Origin: Octopus bimaculoides
Lineage: Eukaryota
Length of the DNA stretch: 64,000 nucleotides
Reading direction: 5' to 3'
Assembly: GCF_001194135.2 (NCBI RefSeq)
Contig: NC_068989.1
Span: 72,686,536 to 72,750,535 of the forward strand
Below are positions 23,438 through 36,295 of this stretch, one piece after another. Within the stretch, counting starts at the first letter, position 1. Each line of letters starts with the position of its first letter. The translations under genes and the position numbers were made by a program. Below the pieces are notes generated by a model. It worked only from the letters and a program-made list of their open reading frames with translations, searched no databases and was not told the origin of the DNA.

Positions 23438-25519
23438 CATCTATCTATCTACATAAATACAAATATGTATATGTGTGTGTACATACATACATACGTATAT
23501 ATGTATATGAATATATACGTGCATATATATATATAAAACAAAACAGAAATGTGAAAAATTATTAACCAAATATAATTATCGGGTTATTTAAGAGTAAAAA
23601 GAATCAATATAAAAATCGAAATTTATTGTAAACTAAAGGAGGTTGGCATCTGACAATTTGAATAAGAACTAAAGAAGATTGATAGTTTTTCAACATTTTC
23701 TACCTCCTTCACATTTCATAAGTACGTTCGTAAGCTTCCCTTTTCTAAGATCAACATCAGCATACGAGTGATAATGGCTGATCACCACTGGAAAGAATCT
23801 TACTGCTCTTCTTAGAAGAAGCTTGTCTTCCATTTTCATTGTCCATTCACAATTCACTGTTATTTGTATCGATCTGATGATTTACTGATTTGCTTCTCTC
23901 ACTGACCCATTGTCAGCAGTGCCTTCTTACAATCGGCTTAGGAGGTTTATTAAATGTTTTTCAAATGATTGTCCCTTTTAATTCCTTCTCCGTTTTTCCA
24001 TAGAGTTCGAATTAGTCCGGTAAAATCGCGGAAGTACATGGACTGAAGTTGACGGTAATCCGTCTTAGTAGGAAAGCACGTCTCTTGGACAGGTGGAGTG
24101 TCCTTGAAAGGCTTCGTAGTCGAGTTTACCGATTGCGGTTGTGAAGAAATATGGCGTGACAAACGAACTGACTTTATCAAAGAAATTTCAATGTTCTCCA
24201 TAAACCAGTGAATCAAGTTCGGTCCAGTATTCTTGGACGACAAATTTGTGTACTTGCACGGAAATTTTGTTGAATAACTAAGCAAGTAATCCCTAGATTT
24301 ATCGAAAAAACGTTTTTCTCGTGTTCTTACAATAAAACCTACCAAACAACTTTAAAAACCGAAATGCTATTTCACTTGCATGTCTATCTGTCGATTTTTT
24401 TCCTCTCCTCTTAGGTTTGTTTATATGTAAATCCGTTCATGTATGTAAATATGTATGTATGTATGTATGTATGTGAGTGTATGTGTGTGTGTGTCTATCT
24501 ATCTATCTATCTATTGATCGATCAATCGCGTGATCCATGTGTGCATATTTGTATTTGCTTCTGTCAGTGTGTCTGTCTGTTTGTCTGTCTGTCTGTCTGC
24601 TTACCACTTAATTTAAGAAACGCATTTTAGTATTATGTATGGCATATCAATATGTATATTCGAATGTACAAATTCGTTATGCGTGTGTGTGTGTGTTTGA
24701 ATGTATATAGCCTAGTTAATACAAACCTAAGAAATTAGTACTCAATACATAAATTAGAGTTAAATAATATTATAACATTAAGGAAAAAAACGGTCATTTG
24801 AGACAATTTGTTTATTCCGAGTTTCTTAATGCTGTTTTTAAAAGCAGTTTGTCACTTACATTTGATTATCATTATCATTAAATCGGTCTTCGAAAATGAA
24901 GCTAATGATGGGTTTACAGCAATTATCGATAAAATACAAGCAAATAAGCAAAAATAAACACAAAAAACATAAAAGCAACAAATATTGCTTCAAAAATTAG
25001 CTACGTGTTGTTTTCATACATCATCTTGAACCCAGACAGTTCATTAGCGATATTTCCATGAGTCAGAAGATGTTTCTAGGTATGAGGGTATTTTGTAAAT
25101 ACCTCTAGAAGTGACGACCTTTCCCTGGGTAGTTACGGGCTACCGTTTCGCAAGGCATAACACCCGTTCAGCCACCCTGCCAGGGATGCGGTGAAGTCGT
25201 GGGATTGCGGATTGTGAACCAGCTTTGAAAGAGCTCAGAGGAATCCTAGAAGATCAACGGTCAGGCTCACCAAGCTTTGTCAAGCGAATAACTGCAATGC
25301 ATCTATAAGGCGCTTGAGTCATAATTAAACTATCATTAGCTGATTACACATCCACGAAAACATCCTATGAGGGCGAGTAAATCGGAACTTCGAACTCACT
25401 ATCAATCACTGTCAGTTTTTGTATATATTAATATGTACTCAAGTAAAAACTGTCGACCGACTCTTCAGTTTGAAGTTAAATTCTGTTAATAGGTAACTTG
25501 GCATGCAAACAAACATTAA

Positions 25520-25622
<103 letters not shown>

Positions 25623-25752
25623 ACACACACAGACATACAGACACACGCATTTATATATTCATTTGTGTGTGTGTGTGTGTAAGGCGAGCTGGTAGAATCG
25701 TCAGCATGCTGGGCAAAATGCGCCGCAGCAATTCGTCTCAGAATTTGAAATC

Positions 25753-25797
<45 letters not shown>

Positions 25798-26550
25798 GGT
25801 ATAATCCGTTAGGAACTTGGCAGAGAACAGCATGAAGCTCGTTCACCCTCAGAATGAAACCAATACTATCCGGTAGCATTATTATTTACTACCAGGTTTA
25901 TGTTTGGGTATTCGTCGTGTGTGAATATAAAATTGGAGAAATCGGATTCAACAAGGAGTACGATTTGGACAGTTACTTTTTAATCACTACGATTGTTTCC
26001 ACTACGATTGTCGCCGTTAGTTTAACATCTTCGGCTTCAAGGCCATGCTGCTATCTTAGCCTATAATAAATACTCAATGTATCAAGATGTAAAGATAAAT
26101 ATGTCGATTTTGGCTCTGAAGAGATTTCTGCCTTCGGAACTCATAATGCAGTTATTAATTGTATAATAAATGAAGATAGATATAGAAATGATCGTTGGCA
26201 TTACGTAATCGGCAGGTATGTAAATAAATTGATTTTGCTGTAAGCAAAACTCTCCATTTTCTTTATATTATAGTATTAAATTTATATTGTCATATATCGA
26301 ATCAGATGGAAACATCTATTCGGACTACTGGAATTCCAGGATCTTGACTTTCACATTCGCAAAATGAACCCTCCTTAATTTTGCTCAGATTGCTTTCAAT
26401 TTTGGTGTATCGATGCAACTCTGAATTTTGATAAGGATCAACCAATTACTCTATCTCGTAAATTAAAGAATCTGATGTTATTTGGAATTAAAGTTGGGAA
26501 CTTTGGGTAATTTTAGCCAAGGAACAGACAATGTGTTTGTATATTACATA

Positions 26551-26670
26551 TTTTTCTGTGCTTCTTTGTGTTAATATTTTTCTGCGCTTTTTTCTTTGTG
26601 TCAGTGTTTTTCTGTGCTTTTTCTGTATGTTAGAGTTTTTCTGTGCTTTTTTCTGTGTTAATATTTTTAC
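26551..26670. repeat. About 29-bp minisatellite, about 4 units
   Basis: Unit resembles TTTTTCTGTGCTTTTTCT(T)TGTGTTAATA. Confidence 0.8.
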
Positions 26671-27697
26671 ATATTTTTTCATTTCATATATTTCATATCT
26701 CATTGACTCAGATAGTTGGATCTATGATTTTAATAGGTTAATTCTGTTAATAAAAATTTAAATTAGGAGTATTTCTTAAACCGTTAGCTTCACATTTCAA
26801 CAGCTCAACTGAAATTTAGCCCACGTAACAGGAACTGAGAAAGTTATCATGTGGAACAGAGAAACTATGGGTGATACAGATAATTTGACACCATTTTTGA
26901 ATTCTGCATGCAAAAAGGTATAAGATACAGGTATTCTTTTTCTTGGGATAAATTCTTTGTTGACCGGTTTTATTCTTATTGTAGTTTAAAAATCCAAGTA
27001 TGAAAACGTTACTGAACTTCAGAGTTTTGGAGACAGACTCCCCCTTCACACACACACATGAATGCATAAATGTACATATAAACTTATATATGAATACATA
27101 TAGCCACATGCACTTATTAATGATGTACACAAATACATGACAGGTATACATAATACTGAAATGCGCATAAACTTAATACATGCAGACAAATATATTAATA
27201 TAACAAATTAAGAAAAATAATACAACCATACAATCAATGAAGAGACAAAAGAAACAGTAAGAGGATACATGTTGATTTTATTAGGTATTTCTGTTTATTT
27301 AGAAGCCTACATGGAACAGGTCAGACGCTAAACGCAGAAAATCTTTGTTTCGCTTTTGGCTAAAAATACACATATTTTTTTTCGATTTTTAAACCTCTGT
27401 AACTTTTTTCTCCAATCTTTTTCTCCGCAACATCATACCTTCAAAGCAATGAGACTGAAGGGCTACGTTATTATAGCCGGTTTTCAGATCTTTTTACGGT
27501 CTTTTAAAAAAATGCATATTTTGCGAATGAAAAAAACTAGATCTGAACTCCATAATGTGTATAGTACTGGTGTCTGTTGAACACTAATACTAACGCACGG
27601 AAACAAATGCTAGTAAATTCACAGATATATGGATAAACTGGATGAAGCTAGGATGTAAGACATCCCTGGAAAGAGCAATCTTTTTCTTTATAAAACG

Positions 27698-27735
<38 letters not shown>

Positions 27736-27740
<5 letters not shown>

Positions 27741-27857
27741 ATGTGTCTACTAAGACCGAATAATTCTCAAAGGGAATTTCTGTGAAGCAACATTTGTATA
27801 TTTGTATATTACTGAATTCCCTTTGAGAAATATTTGGTCTTAGTAGACACATGACAT
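27736..27857. mobile_element. Small hairpin element/MITE with 43-bp inverted termini (TGTCATG...CATGACA)
   Basis: Arms 27736-27778 and 27815-27857 with 2 mismatches; abuts a (TA)n run. Confidence 0.65.
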
Positions 27858-27906
27858 GTGATCTTCTTCTAGCACACCAGCAGTCCACTTAGTGGCCTCC
27901 TTTATA

Positions 27907-27943
<37 letters not shown>

Positions 27944-28503
27944 GTCTGTATATTTACATTTATATAATATATATATATATATATATATGTATACCTATAC
28001 ATACATATGTAAATATGTATATACATGTGTGTATGTGTGCATATATGGGTGGGTACGTGTGTGTGCATGTGTGTGTGAATGCGTGTTTGTGATTTATAAG
28101 TAAATACAAACTCAGACACGAGCACCAATTTATGTACCAACATAGGAACATTGGTGAAATGTAAGCACAAACTCACAAACAAGCATTAATACACCTTAGA
28201 CAAACAGATTTAGTATTTTCTGGCTAGACATCCGTTATCGCATGGTGTTGCATTATGGTATACAAATATAACAGTTTGATGAAATGCTTCAGAAACCACA
28301 GAGAAATCTGCTCGTATTATCGCATTAGAGGTGCTAGAACATTCCCTCTTGTATTGAAGTGTTTTCCTCACTGCTTTTCACTTCCTGTAGTTCTTTCTGT
28401 ACATTTTTGCTATTTGCGTGTACATGTTCACATGTGAATGTGTCTAAGATATGTTTACATGTGTGTGTGTGTGTGTGTTTGTCTACATATATACATTAGT
28501 GTT

Positions 28504-28540
<37 letters not shown>

Positions 28541-28951
28541 ATGTACATATATATATATATATATTTATATGTATATATGTACGCATATATATGTATATAT
28601 ACGTATATATGTACACATACATATATATATATGTATGTGTGTGTATATATTTATGCACATACAAATATATACAAAATGTATATATATACACTTATGTACA
28701 TATATGAATGTTTTGTGAGTGTGTGAGTGAATGTATATGTGTGTGCGTGTGTGTGTGTGTTTGTGTGTGTATACAAATAAATATATGTGTAAAGACGCAC
28801 TTGTACACAGGAACATACGCGCCAACACACACAAACATTTATGTATAGGTGTATATTAGTTATTTTGTTATTTTCTATACTCGCCCCCCAAGGGTGTACG
28901 AACGCTACGCTCTACCGTATATGTTACCATACATATGTCTGTGTATGTGAG

Positions 28952-29051
<100 letters not shown>

Positions 29052-29389
29052 TACACACATTTCTTTTTCGGTCTTTTGTTTTGGCCTTCTGTGCCACTCA
29101 CAGAAATGCATATCCCACCCATATAAACATGAATGAATCGAATGTTTGCAGAATGCCTAACAGGTATTAACTTTGGAACATAAGGAATATAATGGGAAGT
29201 ATTATGCACACATACAGACTCACATATACACGCATACACTTGTGTGTGTGTGTGTGTGTATAGATGTGTGCGTGGTCGTGTACGTTTATGCATGTGTACA
29301 TGTACATACAGATACATATATGCATATATGTATATATGTATATATATATATGTGTACGTGCCTATATATATATGTCCATATATATATAT

Positions 29390-29437
<48 letters not shown>

Positions 29438-29510
29438 GTATAGACATATAGTTATGTGTATATATATGTATGCATGTCTATATATATATATGTATGTATA
29501 TATATATATA

Positions 29511-29569
<59 letters not shown>

Positions 29570-30289
29570 AAGACATATATATATAAACGTGTATATATAC
29601 ATATATATATATGTATAGACATATATAGGTAAGTACATATACATATGTATGCGTATATGTAAATATACGTATCTGTATGTATATGTACACACGCATACAC
29701 ATACACGTACACGCACGCAAACACACACTCACACACACACACAGAGGAACATTTTTATCATAGGTCGTCTTGTAACACTCTTTAATCCTCAACTGACATA
29801 GCAAAACCATGTATTTCCGGTCACAAAGCGACTTCTCTCAAAGATGTTAAGCCGGTATCTTGTCGAACAAATATTATGAATATGGTGAGTGTGTGTGTAT
29901 GAGTTTATGTGTGTGTGTGTGTATGTGTATGTCTATGTACGTGTGTGTGCATGTGTGTATGTCTGTGTGTGTGTGTGTGTGTGTGTGCATGCTACGTGTG
30001 TATGTTGGTGTGTTTTACATTTGCCCACAAGCCAAGTACTGGGATCTCCTCCTTGTGCCATCATAACTACAAATGTCCCCAGGGGAGATTAAACCAGGCA
30101 GGCATTATGTCCTTGTTATGGGATTTCCGTGAGAGATTATAAAAATGATTCTCTGTTGTCTTCACTCGTGCCCAAGCATGGCCACAGCCTCTGGCTTGAA
30201 CCAGTAAATGATAAAAGGCACACCCATTTATATATATATAGGCGTGGCTGTGTGGTAAGAAACTTGCTTCATGACCACATGGTTCTGGG

Positions 30290-31370
30290 AAGAGACTTTC
30301 GATAGCGTCAAGATAAGCGCAGTGCTTGAATCTCTGAGAATGCAAGATGTGATAACACGATACATCAATCTGCTCAGGTATGTAAACGTTGGATGCACCA
30401 CTGGCATATCTCTGCTGTCGCCACTAATATGAGTTCTGATTGGAAAGGGCGTCACACAAGGAGATACCATCTCTCAAAAACTCTTCTTCTTATGTCTAGA
30501 AATGGTCATCAGGAACATTGCCTGGATTGGCAGGTGCCGTGAACACCAACGGCGAGCTACTACTGCACCTTCGATTCACAGATGACATTGTATTCATTCC
30601 GACACTTCCAATCTGTTGCAGACCATGCTGGGTGTTCCCCCCCCCCCCACTAACAAATAAAACAAAATACATGCAGTCCGAAAACGTAGTAGAAGGTTGA
30701 ATAAAGATGGGAAGGGTTGAAATCGAGGATGTAAAGGAGGACGTCTACCTAGGGCACACACTGAATATACGCTGAGATATGAATGCTGAAATCTCGAAGA
30801 AAATAAGGATTACATGGACAGCATTTATCGCAACAGAGGATGTGCTCAAAGCAAAGCTGGTTATGACCGTACGTGCCAGAATCTTCAATAACATCGTCCT
30901 GCATGCGCTTTTATATGCAAATGAGTCGTGGACTAGTACAAAGAAGAAAGAACTCATATTGGTGGTGGCAGCTGAGATATATCAGTGGTGCATCCAAGGT
31001 TTGCATCCCAGAACAATTTGGTGTATTGCGCCCTCACACCTTTCTAAGAACCATGGAAAGATCCATGCTAGGAATATCACTGAGGATGCATATCCGAAAT
31101 AAAATAATTGGAGAACAGAGCGGAATGAATGATGTGGTTTCTGAATATCGAAGGCGCAAGTTCCGCTGGTTCAGAAGGTCATAAGACTCGCAGACAACAG
31201 GTACACCAGTGCAGTTGCCGATTGATATCTAAGTGACCACTTGGAAGTCCTCCACGACAACGAGAGGACAATTTAGTTAAACGACTTAGGCCAAGATGGA
31301 AAAGAATGGCGCAATCAAGAAAGATTAGAAGTGTGTTATAACCAGCTTTGTATAACAGCATCTGATAGTC
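30290..31370 (+). mobile_element. RTE-clade LINE reverse transcriptase relic
   Basis: ETFDSV..SAVLESLRMQ, GKGVTQGDTISQKLF, HLRFTDDIVF (30575), RIFNNIVLHALLYANESWT, RTMERSMLGISLRMHIRN. Frameshifted. Confidence 0.85.
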
Positions 31371-31682
31371 TAGTCCATACAATGATACAGTAATACATTC
31401 ACCCATACATCTCCCCTCTCGTCACTCTTGTTATGCCCACTCACTCCGCCAGATCCCACTCTAGCACTCTACCCAGTTCTTTGCCCAGAACACCAGCCCT
31501 CCGGAAATCTCTTCCTTGCTCTTGTGTTTCGTGCAGGTGTCACCTTGCATCATTTTAAATGGAATATTGATGGCATGAAGCTTTCCCGTCTCAAAAGACC
31601 TGCAAAGACAATGGACCTCGTCCTCCAGACAGAGCAATCAAAATAAAATAAATAAATAAGTAAAATAATAATTCTAGGCCTA

Positions 31683-31895
31683 TACGAGGAGTGCTCAAAT
31701 GTTCCTAGTTTTGGGTAAAAGAAAATACAGGAGGATCAGTTAATTATGATTTTATTCAACATATTCCCCACTCAGATTCACACATTTATTGTAGCGGTCT
31801 TTATAAGCCCTGAAAAAGAACACGGAATGTTTGGCCCTCCAACCAGGCCTTTCGTTATACCCTTAAATCCAGGAACTTTTCGGCGCCCCCTCGTA
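31683..31895. mobile_element. Mariner-type MITE, copy 1
   Basis: About 27-bp TIRs TACGAGGAGTGCTCAAATGTTCCTAG / CCAGGAACTTTTCGGCGCCCCCTCGTA with TA at both ends. Confidence 0.85.
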
Positions 31896-33315
31896 CAATG
31901 ATAGACCTACAAACTGATAGTTCGGTATTTTACTTTAACAGGACAATATTTACATGGAATTGACTGGAACAAACCTGTTCAGTTAAATGGAAAACTGATT
32001 TGAAAGTTATAGTAAGTGTTGACCTCACCCCAATATAGGTCTTTATATTGAGATGACGGGTATATTCGTAAATAAGGATATAGCTATGAATGCATGCATA
32101 TATGTATGCATCTGTGTGTATGTATAAACACTTCCAGCTATAGTCAATACTTACATTTTATACAACAAAAGTATGCGTACATATGTATGCATGTATGTAA
32201 GTGTGTATGTATATATGTATGTATATGTGTGTGCTCGTGCGTGCGTGTGTGCGTGCGTGTGTGAGTGAGTGTGTGAGTGTGTCTGTCTGTATGTATATAT
32301 ATATATATATATATATAAATAGAGGGAAAAGAGTTGAGTGGGGACGAGATAATCCGACCTAATTCATCGTATCCACGAAACCACTTATCGCTGTCATTAT
32401 CGTTGTTGTTCTCATTGTCATCTTCAACATGATCAACACCATCATAGGCCCGCACCAGTACCACCAGCACCAGTACCAACGCCACCACCACGACCAAGAC
32501 GACGACGATGAAGACGACGACGACGACGACGACGACCACCACCACCACCACACATCATCATCATCAACATTAACAACAAATTTAATGATTTGTCATTGCA
32601 AAAGCCATTTATTTTCTATATTTCAATACAAATGAACTCAATTCTCGTTCTAACATCAGAATAGAGACACAAGAATAGAGACATTACCTGTGAATATCTG
32701 CTAGACTTTTATTCTGTTTGCTAACTGCATTATCGGATAATACGGCAAAGGAACCATAGGTTGTACTGTATTTTCTTATATCTATGTTTTGATCTGAGTT
32801 CAAATTGTGGTGGGTGAGCGACATATTGGGTTTCATAAAATAAGTACCAATCTTCCTGGCGCCATCATATCTACAAACGTCCCTTGGTCAGACTCCTCTT
32901 ATAAGCATAATGGTATATTTATGGCAGAATATGTAAAATGATTCTCCGTTGCTTTCCTTCAGTTTTTCCTCTTGTTTTTCGTTGTTTCGAGGCATTATCT
33001 TATCGTCTGCATACAGAGTTCTTCACATCTGCCTGGGTACTCAGACCGTAAAGAATCGGAACAAATACTGCTAAATTATTTCGCCCGATGCTCTAACAGT
33101 TCTGACAATCTACCACCAAGGTTTGGAACTTTGTTTTATCGGAAGACTGAAGGACACAACTGACTTATGTATGCCCGACGCCCTAAGAATTATGACAATA
33201 CACCCTCCGGGTCTGGAACTTTATTTCATCGGAAGACTGAAAAACAAAGCTGACTTTGAACTCAGAATATATACCTCAAAACATTTTGTCCAGCGTTCTA
33301 ACAATTCTAGTGAAG

Positions 33316-33480
33316 GTACATGGTCTAGTAGTTAAGGTGTTATACTCACTATTGCAGGATCGTGGTTTCGATTCGCGGACCGGGAGGTGCTTTGTATTCT
33401 TGAGCAAAGCACTTCAATTATAAATGAGTAACCCTGCAACAGACTCGCCTCCGGTTCAGGGCGAATGTTACAACCTGGTC
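33316..33480 (+). mobile_element. Old tRNA-derived SINE of a fourth type
   Basis: TGGTCTAGTAGTTAAG A box, GGTTTCGATTC B box, TTCTTGAGCAAAGCACTT core-like segment. Confidence 0.5.
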
Positions 33481-34552
33481 ACTTATACGCCATGGAAACT
33501 GTGTGGACAACTCTATGAGTTCTAGGACTCGAAATAGTTATGTCCAGGGGTGATGATGAAAATACTTATGATAACGATAACATTCCATTTCATTGACCAG
33601 AAAAAGATGGAAAGCAAAGTTCACCTCTGGCGGGGATCCCCTCTCACAACATAGAAAGCAAGCTGAATTAACACTATGCGCTCCAATGATTCTGCATATT
33701 CTCCACCTTGTATAATCGCGTATACTCTAACAAACACTCACCTTTTGTGCTTTCTTCCTTACTTCTATTCACTGTCATTCCTTTCGCTCTATCTTTTATA
33801 GACTATCTTCATAAACTATCTTTTATATACTTTTAAAATCTCTCTAAAATTTCTTTTACAATGAATAACACACACGATAATGTTGTCCTAGATACATTAT
33901 TCCTAAAGTAGAAAAAAATAACTGAGAAAGAAAATGGTTATATTGAGAGCTGGATTGAGTCTGAAAATAACAACAACAAATAACTTATTTGCTGATATTT
34001 GTTGGTGTCCGCCAAACAGGAATTCATGAAGGGTACACAGAACAACGAGAATCCAAATAGTAAAGCATTAATTCATTCTTAATACGTTTTGGCAGATTCT
34101 AACCCACTTTGAAAACCAGTTCTAAAGGGAAAAGGTATTCTCCGATGATGAAACGCAACAGCAATCAGATATTCACCTAATATGCCAGAATGCATTAGGA
34201 ATAAACATGTTATTTTCTTGGACTCTCGCTATTCTGCTGGCACTCCAAGAATTCTTATCTTCAACTATTCATGCTTTTAGTGTAGGCACAAGGTTTGAAA
34301 TTAGGAGTTAGGTGTCAGTCAATGCCATCAACTCCAGTATTTGACTGGTCCTTCAATTTATCGGCTCCAAACAATAACTTATCGTACATTCTGGTAGTCA
34401 CCAGCACCTATCAGCAAATAACTTCACTGTTCGGGTGGAATGAAAGGCAAAATTCACCTCGACGAGATTCGAGATCAGTACTTGTATAACCAGAACAAAT
34501 ACCACAAAACATTTCTTCCGATGCTCTTAATAACTGGCATTATTGTATGTTT

Positions 34553-34939
34553 GGAGGCGCAATGGCCCAGTGGTTAGGGCAGCGGACTCGCGGTCATACG
34601 ATCGCGGTTTCGATTCCCAGACCGGGCGTTGTGAGTGTTTATTGAGCGAAAACACCTAAAGCTCCACGAGGCTCCAGCAGGGGATGGTGGCGAACCCTGC
34701 CGTACTCTTTCACCACAACTTTCTCTCACTCTTACTTCCTGTTTCTGTTGTGCCTGTAATTCAAAGGGCCAGCCTTGTCACACTGTGTCACGCTGAATAT
34801 CCCCGAGAACTACGTTAAGGGTATACGTGTCTGTGGAGTGCTCAGCCACTTGCACGTTAATTTCACGAGCAGGCTGTTCCGTTGATCGGATCAACTGGAA
34901 CCCTCGACGTCGTAAGCGACGGAGTGCCAACAACAACAA
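34553..34939 (+). mobile_element. tRNA-derived SINE, family A, full length (about 387 bp; size and head compatible with the octopus OR1 family, unverified)
   Basis: A and B boxes, (CAA)n tail. TSD TATTGTATGT at 34541-34550 reappears at 35367-35376, beyond a second insertion. Confidence 0.92.
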
Positions 34940-34958
34940 TATATATTGTATATATATA

Positions 34959-35356
34959 GGTAGTGGGTAGCGATTTTCTTCACTACTTCAGGGAGTGACG
35001 ACCCTGCCTGACACGAGTCCCGGGCTCAGCTGGCTCCGACTGACAGTACCCGATATGGGCCCCTATCCAGGGTTACAGAAAGGAGACAACCTTCAAAGTG
35101 GATCCCCGTAGGCGGTTTAGTGTTCGACTTGACACTCTTCCGGCAGCTCCTGCAACCAAGCTGGTGCCAAACGTAATGCTCTGCACTGCTTTGGACTACG
35201 TCAGCAAGGTTGAGAGAGGAATCCTGACGATTGGGTTACCCAAGATTTTCTTACATCTAGCCCAGGCCTGCGCAAAACTGGAGAAGACATGAAATGTAAA
35301 AACCAGACTGGATTAGTTTATGCGCAACTCCATTGTCTCCCGAGACAAAAGGATGC
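34959..35356 (+). mobile_element. About 400-bp short retroposon without a tRNA head (possibly an internally deleted LINE), with 18-bp TSD
   Basis: CAACAATATATATTGTAT at 34934-34951 and 35357-35374. 3' end GTCTC-CC-GAGAC hairpin then GGATGCCAACAA. Confidence 0.7.
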
Positions 35357-35614
35357 CAACAATATATATTGTATGTAACGTTTACATCTCTTGTTACAGT
35401 ATAACTTGTCCGTGTCATCACCACGTTATATTTTTTGGTAGCACCATTATTTATTTATTTATTTATTGTCATTGTCATATAAATTCACAGTTTTACCAAA
35501 TGCAAAAAAAAGAACTACTACGAGAAGTCTACTGCTGCTGCTACTACTGCTACTACCACTACTACTACCAACACCACAACCACTACTCTCACGATCACGA
35601 CGACAACGACCACA

Positions 35615-35645
<31 letters not shown>

Positions 35646-35646
35646 T

Positions 35647-35692
<46 letters not shown>

Positions 35693-36245
35693 GTTTACAC
35701 TGAGCAATAAATATGGTTCCACACGCTCTGCTTGGAAGGAAGGAAGGAAGGAAGGAAGGAAGGAAGGCGAAATGCAAGTCTGTTGTGAGCCTTTTGTTTC
35801 GCTGGTCGACGGCAGCAGCGATCGTTTGAAGAAAACCGTGTCGTGAAGTGCTGACAGACAGGATCAGGGATTAGCGAGACTTGCTTTACAGACCTCGTCT
35901 AATCTCGATTATCCCGACAGGCGCATTAAAACTGGCGTTTCCAAAACTTTTACCTTTCCTGTACTTTGTGTTTCACATGTGTGCGTCAATGTATACATTG
36001 CATGCATGCATGTATCTATGTAGTAATTTGTCTGTGTGTGTGTATGTGTGTGTGTGTGTGTGTGTGTGTAATGTTTCGTGATTCTTTGTATGCGTTGACC
36101 GCTCTTATGTAAGCAGTGCGTTTAGCTCCGCCATGTTCCAGCAGATTATTACAAAAGCGCGTGTCCCCGTGCATGTGTGCGTTTATGTGGAATTTCAATA
36201 TGCGCGTGTACACACGTATAAACTCACGAATGCATACACTCACAT

Positions 36246-36295
<50 letters not shown>

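Noticed and set aside
26304-26370. DGNIYSDYWNSRILTF resembling an NHL repeat
   Set aside because: Single repeat, lacks a residue of the motif, and is followed by a stop; a competing frame is equally open.
26551-26670. Regularly spaced repeats as a CRISPR-like array
   Set aside because: Units are contiguous with no unique spacers; an ordinary minisatellite in eukaryotic DNA.
31080-31099. CTGAGGA...GAAA hammerhead-like spacing
   Set aside because: Lies in RTE coding sequence (SLRMHIRN); stems I and III cannot form.
34959-35180. HDV-like ribozyme in the headless retroposon
   Set aside because: A possible P1 (GGTAGTG:CCCTGCC) exists, but P1.1, P3 and J4/2 could not be fitted; needs a descriptor search.
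35225-35250. CTGACGA followed by a TTGGG/CCCAA stem
   Set aside because: Followed by GATT instead of GAAA; no stem III or cleavage triplet.
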